Positions 48,084 through 58,134 of a stretch of DNA of 64,000 bases are shown piece after piece; position 1 is the first letter of the stretch; each line of letters begins with the position of its first letter. The translations under genes and the position numbers were made by a program. The DNA lies in IMG/VR virus record IMGVR_UViG_3300036853_000417, positions 1 to 64,000 of that record, one strand, 5' to 3'. The notes below the pieces were generated by a model. That model was not told the DNA's origin. It worked only from the letters and a program-made list of their open reading frames with translations, and searched no databases. This DNA is from a virus.

Positions 48084-48464
48084 ATGAAAGAATACGAAGT
48101 TATGCCAGATACTATCTGGAACAAGTGTGTTTTTTGTGACGGTTATACGGTCGCCAATATTGTAGAGAGTGATGGATGGCAGGCAATTGCGGTGTGGGGT
48201 AGCCAGGATTGCCATTTCCTGGGAAACTGGCCTTATGTAATCTTCTTTGAGAAGCAGATAGAGGGAGATAAACCCTTTCTTATTGTGGTCTACTCTGAGG
48301 GTAGTATTACCCAATATGTATTCGAGGATGAAGCAGCGAGAAACACCTTTCTGGACATAATGGCTTTTAATCAATGGAAACATGAGGAGCAGGAATGGGT
48401 CAAAGACTACCAATCGGTAGAGGATTTGCCTGCGGCTTTGCGCGGATATCCTGAGCAAGATTAG
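48084..48464 (+). CDS. Hypothetical protein
   Basis: AAGGAG RBS. Confidence 0.7.
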   Translation: MKEYEVMPDTIWNKCVFCDGYTVANIVESDGWQAIAVWGSQDCHFLGNWPYVIFFEKQIEGDKPFLIVVYSEGSITQYVFEDEAARNTFLDIMAFNQWKHEEQEWVKDYQSVEDLPAALRGYPEQD

Positions 48465-48523
48465 AAGGGAAAGAGGATACTCTAAACCGTATCCTCTTTT
48501 ATATATTTCTCAAATTCTCTCCA

Positions 48524-48738
48524 TTGATCTCTTGTTTCTTTCTATGTTATACTTATCATGTATAGCACGCCAATACAATGTCTTCGGCAGGTAGTCAGCT
48601 AAGACATTCCTCTGGCCGCACAATATTGGTACCTCAATGTGCAGCACGCCGCTTTTTTTCTTCGGCTCTTAGCAGCTAAGATTCCCCCACAGGTGAGCCT
48701 CGGCAACGATGGTTAGTCATTTACGAGGTGTACCTTGA
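48524..48738 (+). promoter_or_regulatory. Capsid gene promoter and structured ~180-nt 5' leader
   Basis: TTGATC (48524-48529), 18 bp, TGnTATACT (48548-48553); three related hairpins. Confidence 0.6.
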
Positions 48739-49950
48739 ATGGACACATTCCAAAAAACATATAGTCCACATGATTCACAGTACAAAGCCAATAGAATGCA
48801 TATCCTGCGTGAGCTGAGCACGCAATCGGATACTGCGCTCAAACAGCAACTGGACTACCTGGAAACACAACCTCCTCCAGCTGACGAACAAAATGAAGCG
48901 GTGCGCATGTTCCACAATATTCGCACGCTCAGACTTCCACAACGCATTAAAGGCATACTTGATAGTACATCAGGGACGACCGGAAGTGTCATCATCAGGC
49001 AGGACCTTGAACCCATTATTCACCTGCTCTTTGTCAGGAAATTCCCATTATGGGAGGCAATACAAAAAGCTCAGTCAAATGGGTTGGTTCATGCGTATGA
49101 ACAAATGACTGCTCCCGATGCTGGCGCACTTGGCAGTTCACTCATTGCAGAACTTGGTCCTGCTCAATACGACCATAGTGTGATGGTCCGACAAACGACG
49201 CCTATCAGCGTTTTTGCGCAGGGGAGAGGCGTTTCATTTAAAGAGCAGGCTGCGGTGGAGGCTGGCGGAATGAACTTCAAACCGCTTTCTATTGAGATGA
49301 GCGGTGCTGTTACCAGGCTCGCAACTGATATTCAGTTTTACATGTTTCAGGGAAATTTCGGTAACTCCAGCATAACATCTACCGCACTTGAAGGGGGTAA
49401 CTATAACGCTCTTGCCTTTGATGGGTTCAGGGGCGTCATGGGGTCCGTTGGCAATTTTAGTGCCAATAATGCAACACAGGTTGATATTGGGACGCTCAAT
49501 ATCACAGAATCACTCAAGTTTACAGCGGCCAAGATTGCTGATAATGGTGGAATGCCTGACATGGTTGTGATGGGCATGCTCGCGAAAGATGCGCTCGAAA
49601 CTGAGAATATGGGCAATCAACGCTGGAATGATAACCTCCCTGAAATCGTTCCTGGCGTGCGCGTCAACACGGTCAACTGGTCCAATGGTCAACTCAAGCT
49701 GTTACCAGTGCCCGGCAACACCATTGGGAAGTATAACCGAACATCAGACAGTGCGCTGGTTGAGGATCTCTATGTCTTCGACTCATCCAAGATCATTCTC
49801 CGCTGGCTTTACTCCGAGACGATGACTGTTCTTGAAATTCCTTCAGGGGTTGATAGTCAACTGAGTAACAGAATTATCGCCTTTTACATGTATGGCATGG
49901 AACAGGCTGCTCCTGTCTTCTCAGGTAAAGCGAGACGGTTAGCAAGTTAA
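48739..49950 (+). CDS. Major capsid protein
   Basis: 403 aa; IRQDLEP, F.GN...FDGFR, GGMPD.VVM, YGMEQAAP.F.GK HK97-fold pattern; heads the structural operon. Confidence 0.85.
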   Translation: MDTFQKTYSPHDSQYKANRMHILRELSTQSDTALKQQLDYLETQPPPADEQNEAVRMFHNIRTLRLPQRIKGILDSTSGTTGSVIIRQDLEPIIHLLFVRKFPLWEAIQKAQSNGLVHAYEQMTAPDAGALGSSLIAELGPAQYDHSVMVRQTTPISVFAQGRGVSFKEQAAVEAGGMNFKPLSIEMSGAVTRLATDIQFYMFQGNFGNSSITSTALEGGNYNALAFDGFRGVMGSVGNFSANNATQVDIGTLNITESLKFTAAKIADNGGMPDMVVMGMLAKDALETENMGNQRWNDNLPEIVPGVRVNTVNWSNGQLKLLPVPGNTIGKYNRTSDSALVEDLYVFDSSKIILRWLYSETMTVLEIPSGVDSQLSNRIIAFYMYGMEQAAPVFSGKARRLAS

Positions 49951-49964
49951 TAGGTGTAGAATAA

Positions 49965-50378
49965 ATGTCAAAAACTGAACAGCAGACAGCTCAAGAAGAA
50001 GCTATGATAAGCAGAAAACAAGAGAAGACAGCAGAACACTATGAGGACAATGATCCCGTTACGGTGATCTGGAAGTCATGGGGAACCAATGGTATGCCAT
50101 CCAACAAAGTAACGTACTTTGACAGGCAAATGTTTGAGGGTGGAGTTGGTCGGCGCATTCCCTATGGCATAGCTCAAAAATGGCAGAAGCAGGGACATGG
50201 AGTGCTCATCTTTGATGTTGATGCGACGGAGGCTGATTTTATCCGAGCAACAGGGCATAAGCCGCTGGACGACGATAAACTGACAATGCTCCTCAAGGCA
50301 ACGCCTCTCGACAAGATTGCAGCACTCCTGGGTCCTGATGCCGTTGAAAAGATTACTGCCATGCAAAACAAAAAGTGA
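49965..50378 (+). CDS. Hypothetical head-associated protein
   Basis: Position after the capsid gene. Confidence 0.65.
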   Translation: MSKTEQQTAQEEAMISRKQEKTAEHYEDNDPVTVIWKSWGTNGMPSNKVTYFDRQMFEGGVGRRIPYGIAQKWQKQGHGVLIFDVDATEADFIRATGHKPLDDDKLTMLLKATPLDKIAALLGPDAVEKITAMQNKK

Positions 50379-50420
50379 TGTGGTTTTTCAATCGGGTTGG
50401 TGGAGGGTCGGAGAAGAGAT

Positions 50421-51101
50421 ATGGCACGATTTTCACGCGTTATTGGACGCAATAGAGATATTCCACAATTTGCCTCCTATCAGGGTGCCGCAGCAGCAGG
50501 TGGGACAGCAGCAGACTTTGAGCGTCCAATTGTTGCGCTCACTGATCTGACACTCAATGCTCCATCTGGGTCAGTAGGAAGTATTGTCAGTAATGCAATG
50601 TCAGCGCGAGCATGCATATTGACATTCATGGCTGCAATTACGGGAGATAATACCAATAATTGCGCCTTTAGTTTTGTTCAGTATCGCAGTGGCGCAATCC
50701 TGGTCAACACGACATCAGCCACAACCATTACTGCCGGAACAAGAACTGTTACCCCTACAAGCATGACAAATCTCTATAATGGTCAGCAGCTTATCTTTAG
50801 TGGTGGTACAGGTGCTACCGAAACCGTTGTCATTTACAATCTTACCCCAACAACCTTTCAAGCAACCTTTGCAAACGGGCATAGCGGAGCCTACGCGATC
50901 ACATCAGCTCCTTTAGCTTCAACAACCTTCCAAACCGGAGTGAATGCCTCAGCCATTGTTCCGATTCAGTTTGCCAGCGCTATCAACTACATTAAAGGCG
51001 GAGATGTAATCACTATCAAGCGTGTGAGTAATAATGTAACAGGCCTTGCAACACCTGCATTTGATGCAAGGATTGACTGGGTTCCTGCAGGTCTTGGTTA
51101 G
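50421..51101 (+). CDS. Virion structural/decoration protein
   Basis: Thr/Ala/Gly-rich beta protein in the structural operon. Confidence 0.65.
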   Translation: MARFSRVIGRNRDIPQFASYQGAAAAGGTAADFERPIVALTDLTLNAPSGSVGSIVSNAMSARACILTFMAAITGDNTNNCAFSFVQYRSGAILVNTTSATTITAGTRTVTPTSMTNLYNGQQLIFSGGTGATETVVIYNLTPTTFQATFANGHSGAYAITSAPLASTTFQTGVNASAIVPIQFASAINYIKGGDVITIKRVSNNVTGLATPAFDARIDWVPAGLG

Positions 51102-51111
51102 AGGTATGGAC

Positions 51112-52090
51112 ATGGCTGACTTTACGACGATAAGATCCATGTGGAATAGCAACACTGATGCAGCTCCTACATGGAATGCTGTTACATTTGGAGGATCATC
51201 AGGTCAACAGGAAATCAGGTGGTGTGCTACCAGTGCAGGTTCTGCTACGATAGGTTCTGCTGCATGGCCGCAATACGCGAGGCCAGCCAGCCCCGGTGCA
51301 GTACCAGAACTCTGGTACTTTACGTCTTCCGATAACTCAGGAGGGGTCAAAGTCGGAACCTATGATGGGGACAATGGACAGGCCAACGTCGCATGTATCG
51401 ACTATGACAACCTTGGGACATTTGCCACCGCTCCCACGCTCACTGCATACAGTTCCTCTGCACACAATGCACCAGTTGCAGGCACACAACCGGGAGCCGA
51501 GGCAGGATCTCCAATTATCAATGGACATGCAACCGATACCAGCTCGACTTCCTACCTCAAAATTAATCTCTATGGGGATGATCAGACGGGCAATCCAACG
51601 GCAGGCGCTGTTGGAAGCATGCCATCAGCTACCACAGGCACGGCAGGTAGTGTGTCTCCTGGCGCTGCTGCATGGTTAGCTACGTGGCAGTCAGCGCAGG
51701 GAGCCGTCCAATTCATCACCCATCGCAGGACACCTGCCGCAACTACAGCAGGAAAGATCTTTTTTGTACTTATTCTGTTTACGGGGCCGAATATGAGCCT
51801 TAGTTTAGCCAGGGCCTTCAAGGAGTAATCCTTGTTGAAAACCTCTCTGGGAACGGTGAAAGCCCCAATCATTGAATGGGTAACGCCGTGGCAAGCAGGG
51901 CAATGAAGCCTGTGCAGCCGTAGAGATCAAGTGAGAGGCTCCATACAATTGTGTATGGATGATGCCATGATCCGACCCTTGCAGGAATGTAAGGAGGCCA
52001 GCAGAAATGACTGACCCCACTCATAAGAGTGAGTAACAAGATAGTGGTACACTAACACCCGTAATCACATTTACCTATAGTTATGTGTAG
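51112..52090 (+). CDS. Virion structural protein, two exons (51112-51800, 52045-52090)
   Basis: Splicing yields ...FTGPNMSL/GTLTPVITFTYSYV*. Confidence 0.8.
51801..52044 (+). ncRNA. ORF-less group I self-splicing intron (244 nt)
   Basis: P1 GCCU|U pairs with AGGGC (U-G at the 5' splice site); P10 GCCA pairs with exon 2 UGGU; P3 CCUCUC/GAGAGG; P7 GAUCA/UGAUC; terminal G at 52044. Confidence 0.88.
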
Positions 52091-52101
52091 TAATGTACAT
52101 T

Positions 52102-53331
52102 CTAATAGTTGATGCCACGACGATCAAAGGGCGTAAGGTCTTCAAGTCTACGATTTGACTTTCTGGCATTACATTCACGATGTGTAGGTTTGATATTGTC
52201 CTCTGTGTGGGTTCCCTGTGGATCACCTGCACGAGGGACGAGAGGCACAATATGATCGAATGTCAAAGTATGGTGAAGCAAAATAGGTTTATCGCACAGG
52301 TAACAATGTCTTCCATCGCGTTTAAGGATATGAGTAAAGTCTACCTTATCTACGATGACTGCCCCCTTTTTACGAGCAAGACGTTGAAGTTGATATCCTT
52401 GTGTGCGAAGTCTATTGTTGTGCCTCCATACTCGATGTTTTGCCCTAATCGAAGCCATATGCAGAGCATCATGACGACGACTATCATTGTATATACGCCT
52501 CTCTTCAAGCCGTTCATGATGATATATGCCCACACACTTTTTGCAGATCGCATAATGTCCATCACGTCGGTTCCTGTCCAAAGAAAACTCACTCAAGAAC
52601 TTTTCAAGAGAACATTGTGGGCATACCTTGGCTCGTACCTTACGCGGAGGCGGAATCATCTGTCGCTGTTTGAGGATGCGAGTCTGACGCTTTACAGCAT
52701 TGCGTGCTCTTCTTCTTGCTCTGTGCTCATCAGTATTGTGGCGAGCACGATCATAGGTGCGAAGGCGATCACTGTTAGCGGATCTATAGGCATTATTATA
52801 TGTCCTTTTCTCGAATTTCTTTTCAGGAGAGGCATGATAGCGCTCACTCTTACATTGCTTGCAACGACCTGCATAGCCATCCTTTTGAGCAATGTCATGC
52901 ATAAATGCACTATGAGGTTTTTCTATCAGGCATGTGTTACACACCTTGTGTCCTTCAAGAGTGGCCTTTGGAAGAACAGGTGTCTTGCGAATACGTCGCA
53001 ATTGATTGCGCTCTCTGTCCCTTGCATGTTCACAGGTAATACAAGTGGCTGTAGGCTTGCCATTCCGAAAATGAAAGTCAATATATGGCTTCTCCTGCTT
53101 ACAAGCATTGCAAAATCGGTAGCCCTCTTTAGTCGATTTCAATTGAGATTTATTACGTGGGTTATACCGAGGATTCGGCAGCACATAGGGGCGTCTACGT
53201 GCTCGATCTCGTTCCCGTGTGCAATCAATACAGTAACTAGAGGGTCTATCCTTATGTATCTTGAATTGACCAAAAGGTTTTTCAATCTCGCACGATGCGC
53301 AAACTTTGAAAGTAGGATACAATGGGTCCAT
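52102..53331 (-). CDS. Free-standing HNH endonuclease with four CxxC..EK..F..CxxC Zn-finger repeats
   Basis: RDGRHCYLC...FDHIVPL...GTHTEDNIKPTHRECNARKSNR. Confidence 0.92.
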   Translation of the reverse strand: MDPLYPTFKVCASCEIEKPFGQFKIHKDRPSSYCIDCTRERDRARRRPYVLPNPRYNPRNKSQLKSTKEGYRFCNACKQEKPYIDFHFRNGKPTATCITCEHARDRERNQLRRIRKTPVLPKATLEGHKVCNTCLIEKPHSAFMHDIAQKDGYAGRCKQCKSERYHASPEKKFEKRTYNNAYRSANSDRLRTYDRARHNTDEHRARRRARNAVKRQTRILKQRQMIPPPRKVRAKVCPQCSLEKFLSEFSLDRNRRDGHYAICKKCVGIYHHERLEERRIYNDSRRHDALHMASIRAKHRVWRHNNRLRTQGYQLQRLARKKGAVIVDKVDFTHILKRDGRHCYLCDKPILLHHTLTFDHIVPLVPRAGDPQGTHTEDNIKPTHRECNARKSNRRLEDLTPFDRRGINY

Positions 53332-53464
53332 AGCTATGAGTCCTCAAATTCTAGCTTAGGTACAAAGAGTGTCGTAAGCACTCTTTGTACCTCAAAAAAT
53401 CCACCCTCATTATACCACAAAACCGCTCCACAAGCCAGTTTATGTCTTTTTTGCGTATCAAAAA

Positions 53465-53538
53465 TAGCCCCAATTGGAGTTGAACCAATGCCTCCCATTT
53501 ATAAGATAGGTGCACTTAACCACATGTGCTTTGGGGCT
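53465..53538 (-). tRNA. tRNA-Ile(UAU)
   Basis: Acceptor AGCCCCA/TGGGGCT+A, D-arm GCAC/GTGC, anticodon arm CCTAT-CT TAT AA-ATGGG, T-arm ATTGG-TTCAACT-CCAAT. Confidence 0.88.
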
Positions 53539-53672
53539 ATGCGTTCACTATTGCTTCCTGCCAAAAAAACCGTGTCGTCGGTAGTAAGAAATCGCCAATC
53601 GAACACGTGTCACAAAATCAGCAAAAAATGTTCTCATGCATTCAATCTCCTTTCAGAAAGGAGTATAGCACA

Positions 53673-54185
53673 ATGGGCATAGCTACATCTCTCTATGCCG
53701 TTGGAGATGCGATAGATCCCTCCCTCTCCTACTGGAGTGTCCTTTTGACGACTGGCAAAACATGGTCAGAACGTCAACTTGTACCAACGTGGACAAAGGG
53801 CCAGAGGGGATTGCGCAAGCTTGATTGGGGAGAGGATTTAGTAAGCACCGGGGATATCCACCGTATAAAAGAAATCACACTCCATTGTCCTGATGGAGGA
53901 ACGGCAGTCCTGGAAGTCCCTGAGCGGAGTACCGCGTTTCAATTTAAGACACGCAGCCTCAATATGCTTGGCGCAAGTGGCAATGACCTGGAATTTCAGG
54001 TTATTGGTCGTGTGGTTGACAAGACAACAGGACGATGTGAGTGCTTTATCTGGGATTACCGACCACTCCCAGGAGAGAAAAATCTCATAGCGTATAAATC
54101 GAGTATATACAACTTTGGTGCATGGAGAAACACTATCACACCTATTGGTGCACTAGGTATTGAAGTACAGGGTTTCCGTTTATGA
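53673..54185 (+). CDS. Hypothetical protein
   Basis: ATG after AAGGAG. Confidence 0.7.
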   Translation: MGIATSLYAVGDAIDPSLSYWSVLLTTGKTWSERQLVPTWTKGQRGLRKLDWGEDLVSTGDIHRIKEITLHCPDGGTAVLEVPERSTAFQFKTRSLNMLGASGNDLEFQVIGRVVDKTTGRCECFIWDYRPLPGEKNLIAYKSSIYNFGAWRNTITPIGALGIEVQGFRL

Positions 54186-54324
54186 GATAAGAAATGATTC
54201 ATGTCATGGCATTTGGCTAAACACCTGCTGGCTCGGTTTTGAGCGACACACAAACAGCAGTAACGACATCAAAATTTATCCATGTATTCCTCATTTTTGA
54301 GGATAGTATAACACAGGAGGAGCA

Positions 54325-54741
54325 ATGTCAGGAAAGTCGGCATATCTAGAGGATAAATTGCTAAACTGGCTCAAGGGAACGGCGTTTGGAACTGCACCAA
54401 CTACCGTTTATGTCGCTCTTCTGACAACGAACCCAGCCTCAGATGACGGTACGGGTGCTGTTGAAGTGAGCGGCGGGTCCTATGCACGTGTAGCTATCAC
54501 CACATCGTCAGGTTGGTCAGCTATTAGTGGATCAGGCACAAGTCCGCACCAAATCAGCAATAGCGGCGTGGTGACGTTTGTTACGCCCACGGCCTCATGG
54601 GGGGATATCATAGGCATAGCTATCTATGATGCTAGTACAGCAGGCAACTTACTCTATTGGAATAGTATAACATTGCAAACAATAAACAGCGGAGTTATTG
54701 CTTCGTTTGCGATTGGTGCTTTAGTCGTAACCGACAATTGA
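54325..54741 (+). CDS. Virion structural protein (conserved phage tail/fiber-associated family)
   Basis: YLEDKLLN...YVALLT..P...EVSGGSYAR...FVTPTASWG...YDASTAGNLL. Confidence 0.8.
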   Translation: MSGKSAYLEDKLLNWLKGTAFGTAPTTVYVALLTTNPASDDGTGAVEVSGGSYARVAITTSSGWSAISGSGTSPHQISNSGVVTFVTPTASWGDIIGIAIYDASTAGNLLYWNSITLQTINSGVIASFAIGALVVTDN

Positions 54742-54776
54742 CGGTTAATTAGTGCATTAACTGTAAAGGAGATATC

Positions 54777-55667
54777 ATGCCTTTAACACCAGGAATAGCT
54801 GACGTACTGCAACCAATGGCAGCACCTACCGTTGTACAGAATGCAACAGGCGCGGGTGCGGCTATTACATATAACATTGTCGCTGTAAATGGAGCAGGCG
54901 CGGACGGCGCTCCTAGCCCGTCGTTTGTGACAGGTGCCAATAACGCAGCGACTGCCAACAATACGATAAGTTGGGTAGCCATTCCAGGGGCATTTGCATA
55001 CCGTGTGCTCAAGAATGGAGCACTCTTAGTAACAGTAGGACCTGGGGTCACTTCATACACAGACAGCGCAGGCGCGGCGGGCGCTGCGTACACGGCGTCC
55101 GTTGTCAACCCATCGGCTCCAGCGCTTGTTGCCAATTCTCTATTGGATGGTGGCAAACCAACATATTCAGCGGCGAAACAAGGTCTGGTACCAGTTGCTA
55201 CACCTACCGATGTGTGGACGATTATCGGTAGTGCCTCAAAGATTGTTCGCGTATTGCGTATTGAGATTGTCGTCACATCTACCGCTGCAACAGGCGCGGC
55301 TATTGATGTTTTGTTACTCAGGAGAAGTACAGCAGACACGGGTGGGACCTCATCGACTACAGCATTTATTCCTCATGATAGCCTTGATCCGGCTGCAACC
55401 GCTGTCTTCACGACCTACACAGCGAATCCAACACTTGGGTCAATTATTGGTGTTGCACTTAGAGCGACAAAGATCATGCCTACTCTTGCCACAAGTACAG
55501 CTACAGACTTTCCACTGCCTGATAGGGCTTCCTGGGACTTTGGTAGCCGTCCAGGTAAGGGAATTGTGCTTAGAGGAGCTGCTGATACACTGGCAATTAA
55601 CTTGAACTCAGTGTCATTAGCGGCGGGTGCTTCTATGAATATCGCATGCGAAATTACAGAGGAATAG
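54777..55667 (+). CDS. Virion structural protein with an FnIII-like segment
   Basis: YNIVAVN.AG...ISW.AIPGA..YRV; Ala/Thr-rich. Confidence 0.7.
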   Translation: MPLTPGIADVLQPMAAPTVVQNATGAGAAITYNIVAVNGAGADGAPSPSFVTGANNAATANNTISWVAIPGAFAYRVLKNGALLVTVGPGVTSYTDSAGAAGAAYTASVVNPSAPALVANSLLDGGKPTYSAAKQGLVPVATPTDVWTIIGSASKIVRVLRIEIVVTSTAATGAAIDVLLLRRSTADTGGTSSTTAFIPHDSLDPAATAVFTTYTANPTLGSIIGVALRATKIMPTLATSTATDFPLPDRASWDFGSRPGKGIVLRGAADTLAINLNSVSLAAGASMNIACEITEE

Positions 55668-55670
55668 ACC

Positions 55671-56828
55671 ATGGGATTTAGCAATCCACAACCAAATGAC
55701 TCTGCTACTGTTCCAATAAGTTCGGAGTACTCACCACAAAATAATACCTTCCCAGCCATGCAAGGTGCTGACGGGGCCTATGTCGATGCGTATGGGAATG
55801 CATCAACCGCTCCCGTCACGTCCTTTATACAGCCTAGAGTTGTTCAGAGAGGCATTGCGCAAACGGGCGCGGGAGCGAAAAGTCTTTCTTATACGTTTCC
55901 TAATCCTGTCATGGGCGGGAACTCTATTGTCGTTTGCTTAGGTGTGGGCGATATGGAGGACTCGGTTACTAGCTTTGTAGTGGCTGACTCGGCAGGGAAC
56001 ATCTATACCAAGGTGACATCACAACCGCAAGGAAGCACGCTTGAGGCCGCTATCTATCTCACAACTGGCATTAAATCAGGACTTGGTTCAAATCCAGATC
56101 TGCTACCTGTGACAAGTCCAGTTCTCAATACGGTCACGATTAAGATCACAGGTCCTACTGCTGTTCCTACTGGCATTTCGATGAAGGTGTATGAAATCTG
56201 GGGAACTATTGCCTCATTGGATGCGCTTGATCAAGTAGATATGGGTAGTGGAGCTAGTGGATTGATAGCATCAACTTCAGTGGTTACACCGCAAGTCCCC
56301 AACACGATAGCATTTACAGCTCTTGCCGTAGGGAGAATAACAACTATCACACCAATGGTTGGATATTCAACAAATGACGGCACACTATTCCCTTGGGGTG
56401 GGAACTTAGGTGCTTTTGATAGTCAGTACCGTGCGCTCTCAACCATTGCAACGGTTACACCACAAGCAAACTTGTCACTTTCTAGCGCGTGGGCTATGTG
56501 TAGCGCAACGTTTAGGACAATTGTGTTACCAGTAGAGGGAACATTTAATTATGCTCCCGCTACAAATGCTCCAATGACAACAGTAAATGCGTCATTATCT
56601 CCTGTACAGTTACTTGCAGCAAACGGAGTGCGTAAAGGCGTTAGTGTGTTTGGAGGTTCAACAGCTATATTGTTTGTGGCATATGGTGTTATTACAGCAA
56701 AAACAGCATACGTAACGCAAGTGCCACCCGGGGCTCTTTGGGAAATGCCGTTGCCAATTTATCCAGGTCCAATTTATGGATGGTGGTCTGCTGTCAATGG
56801 CAGCGCGAACATAACCGAACTTTCCTAG
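55671..56828 (+). CDS. Virion structural protein
   Basis: Beta-rich ORF in the structural operon. Confidence 0.7.
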   Translation: MGFSNPQPNDSATVPISSEYSPQNNTFPAMQGADGAYVDAYGNASTAPVTSFIQPRVVQRGIAQTGAGAKSLSYTFPNPVMGGNSIVVCLGVGDMEDSVTSFVVADSAGNIYTKVTSQPQGSTLEAAIYLTTGIKSGLGSNPDLLPVTSPVLNTVTIKITGPTAVPTGISMKVYEIWGTIASLDALDQVDMGSGASGLIASTSVVTPQVPNTIAFTALAVGRITTITPMVGYSTNDGTLFPWGGNLGAFDSQYRALSTIATVTPQANLSLSSAWAMCSATFRTIVLPVEGTFNYAPATNAPMTTVNASLSPVQLLAANGVRKGVSVFGGSTAILFVAYGVITAKTAYVTQVPPGALWEMPLPIYPGPIYGWWSAVNGSANITELS

Positions 56829-56839
56829 GAGATATCATA

Positions 56840-58123
56840 ATGCCTTTATATCCATCAAATCAATTCATACCTAATGTAGTTGTGCCTGCTACTCCACCTC
56901 CTGACATTGATACGCCGTTGCCTATTTCAGGTCCATATTACTATTTGCCGACTGACTGGGACGCAGCATGGAAAGCTGCGAAATCTGCTGTTGGAAGCCA
57001 ACGTATAAGCGTGGTCGGGATTGGAGATAGCGATACAGCCGGGGAAGGGGCGTCGGATATCGTGACGACGGCCTGGTGGCCCAGACTTCGCTCAGCTCTC
57101 CTCTCGGCCAATGGCAACCGACTTGGAGGAGATCACTTTGGAGTTCTCTATACTCCTGCTGTGAACCTTCCAAAATCCTCGACGCCGCTCACAATGGGTG
57201 GCACAATCAATACTGATTGGACAGCGTACTATAACTCATTTAATAACGTTATTTTTAACAATAATGCACAAACGCCACTGTGGACCTGTGCGCCAGCCTA
57301 TAATGTCGTCGGTTTCGATATCCTCTATCAGGATTTCCAGGCAGGAAGCTGGACCTACAACGTGGACGGAGGAAGCAATACGACCGTTACTGTCACCAAT
57401 AACGGCACATATGCAACTGCACAGGTCAAAAAGATAAGCATTACAGGTCTCACATCGGGCCTGCATACTCTTCATATCAATTCGTCTTCCACTACAAATT
57501 CCTGCACTATTCTTGGCATTACCGCGTATGCCAGCACGAGCGGCATCTGTTTTGCAAATAACGGGTGGCAAGGATTGGGGCTAGTAAACGGGGATGTGTA
57601 TAACAATGCGCTCCTCGACACATCGCTTACGCCAGTTGATCGATTGGCAATGTATCAGGGGTACACAGGCATCCCATCAGCGCCAACAGCATTATCGGGT
57701 TTGGGCTTTCCTGCTCAGCCGGATCTCGCTATCGTTGCGCTTGGGATCAATGATGCTATTGCCTCAGTCAGTCGTGCAGATTTTCGCAATGGGTTAGAGC
57801 GACTCATCTGGTCGTTGCGATACGGCAAAAACGATGCTTGCAGCATTATCATTGTCGCTATGTACTGCCCAGATGGGACGCTGACAAACTCCTCAACTAC
57901 CGTTGCAAATATGGATTACACCAATGCGGCATATGTCGCTTATCGTGATATCAAAGCTGCCATGCTTGAATGCGCACAGGCAAATAACTGTGCATTTGTA
58001 GATGTGCATAGCGCGTTTGGCAGGCAGCCGATTGCAAATGGGTGGGTTACCAGCGCAAGCAATCTGCATCCAACAGATGCAGGACATTTGAAGATTGCTA
58101 CTCTGTTGGGTGCGCTTGTGTAG
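56840..58123 (+). CDS. SGNH/GDSL esterase-domain virion protein
   Basis: GDSDTAG, LGIND, LHPTDAGH. Confidence 0.85.
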   Translation: MPLYPSNQFIPNVVVPATPPPDIDTPLPISGPYYYLPTDWDAAWKAAKSAVGSQRISVVGIGDSDTAGEGASDIVTTAWWPRLRSALLSANGNRLGGDHFGVLYTPAVNLPKSSTPLTMGGTINTDWTAYYNSFNNVIFNNNAQTPLWTCAPAYNVVGFDILYQDFQAGSWTYNVDGGSNTTVTVTNNGTYATAQVKKISITGLTSGLHTLHINSSSTTNSCTILGITAYASTSGICFANNGWQGLGLVNGDVYNNALLDTSLTPVDRLAMYQGYTGIPSAPTALSGLGFPAQPDLAIVALGINDAIASVSRADFRNGLERLIWSLRYGKNDACSIIIVAMYCPDGTLTNSSTTVANMDYTNAAYVAYRDIKAAMLECAQANNCAFVDVHSAFGRQPIANGWVTSASNLHPTDAGHLKIATLLGALV

Positions 58124-58134
58124 AAGAGGTGTAA

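Noticed and set aside
52180-53682. 500-aa + strand ORF
   Set aside because: Antisense shadow of the HNH and tRNA-Ile; no RBS or recognisable motif.
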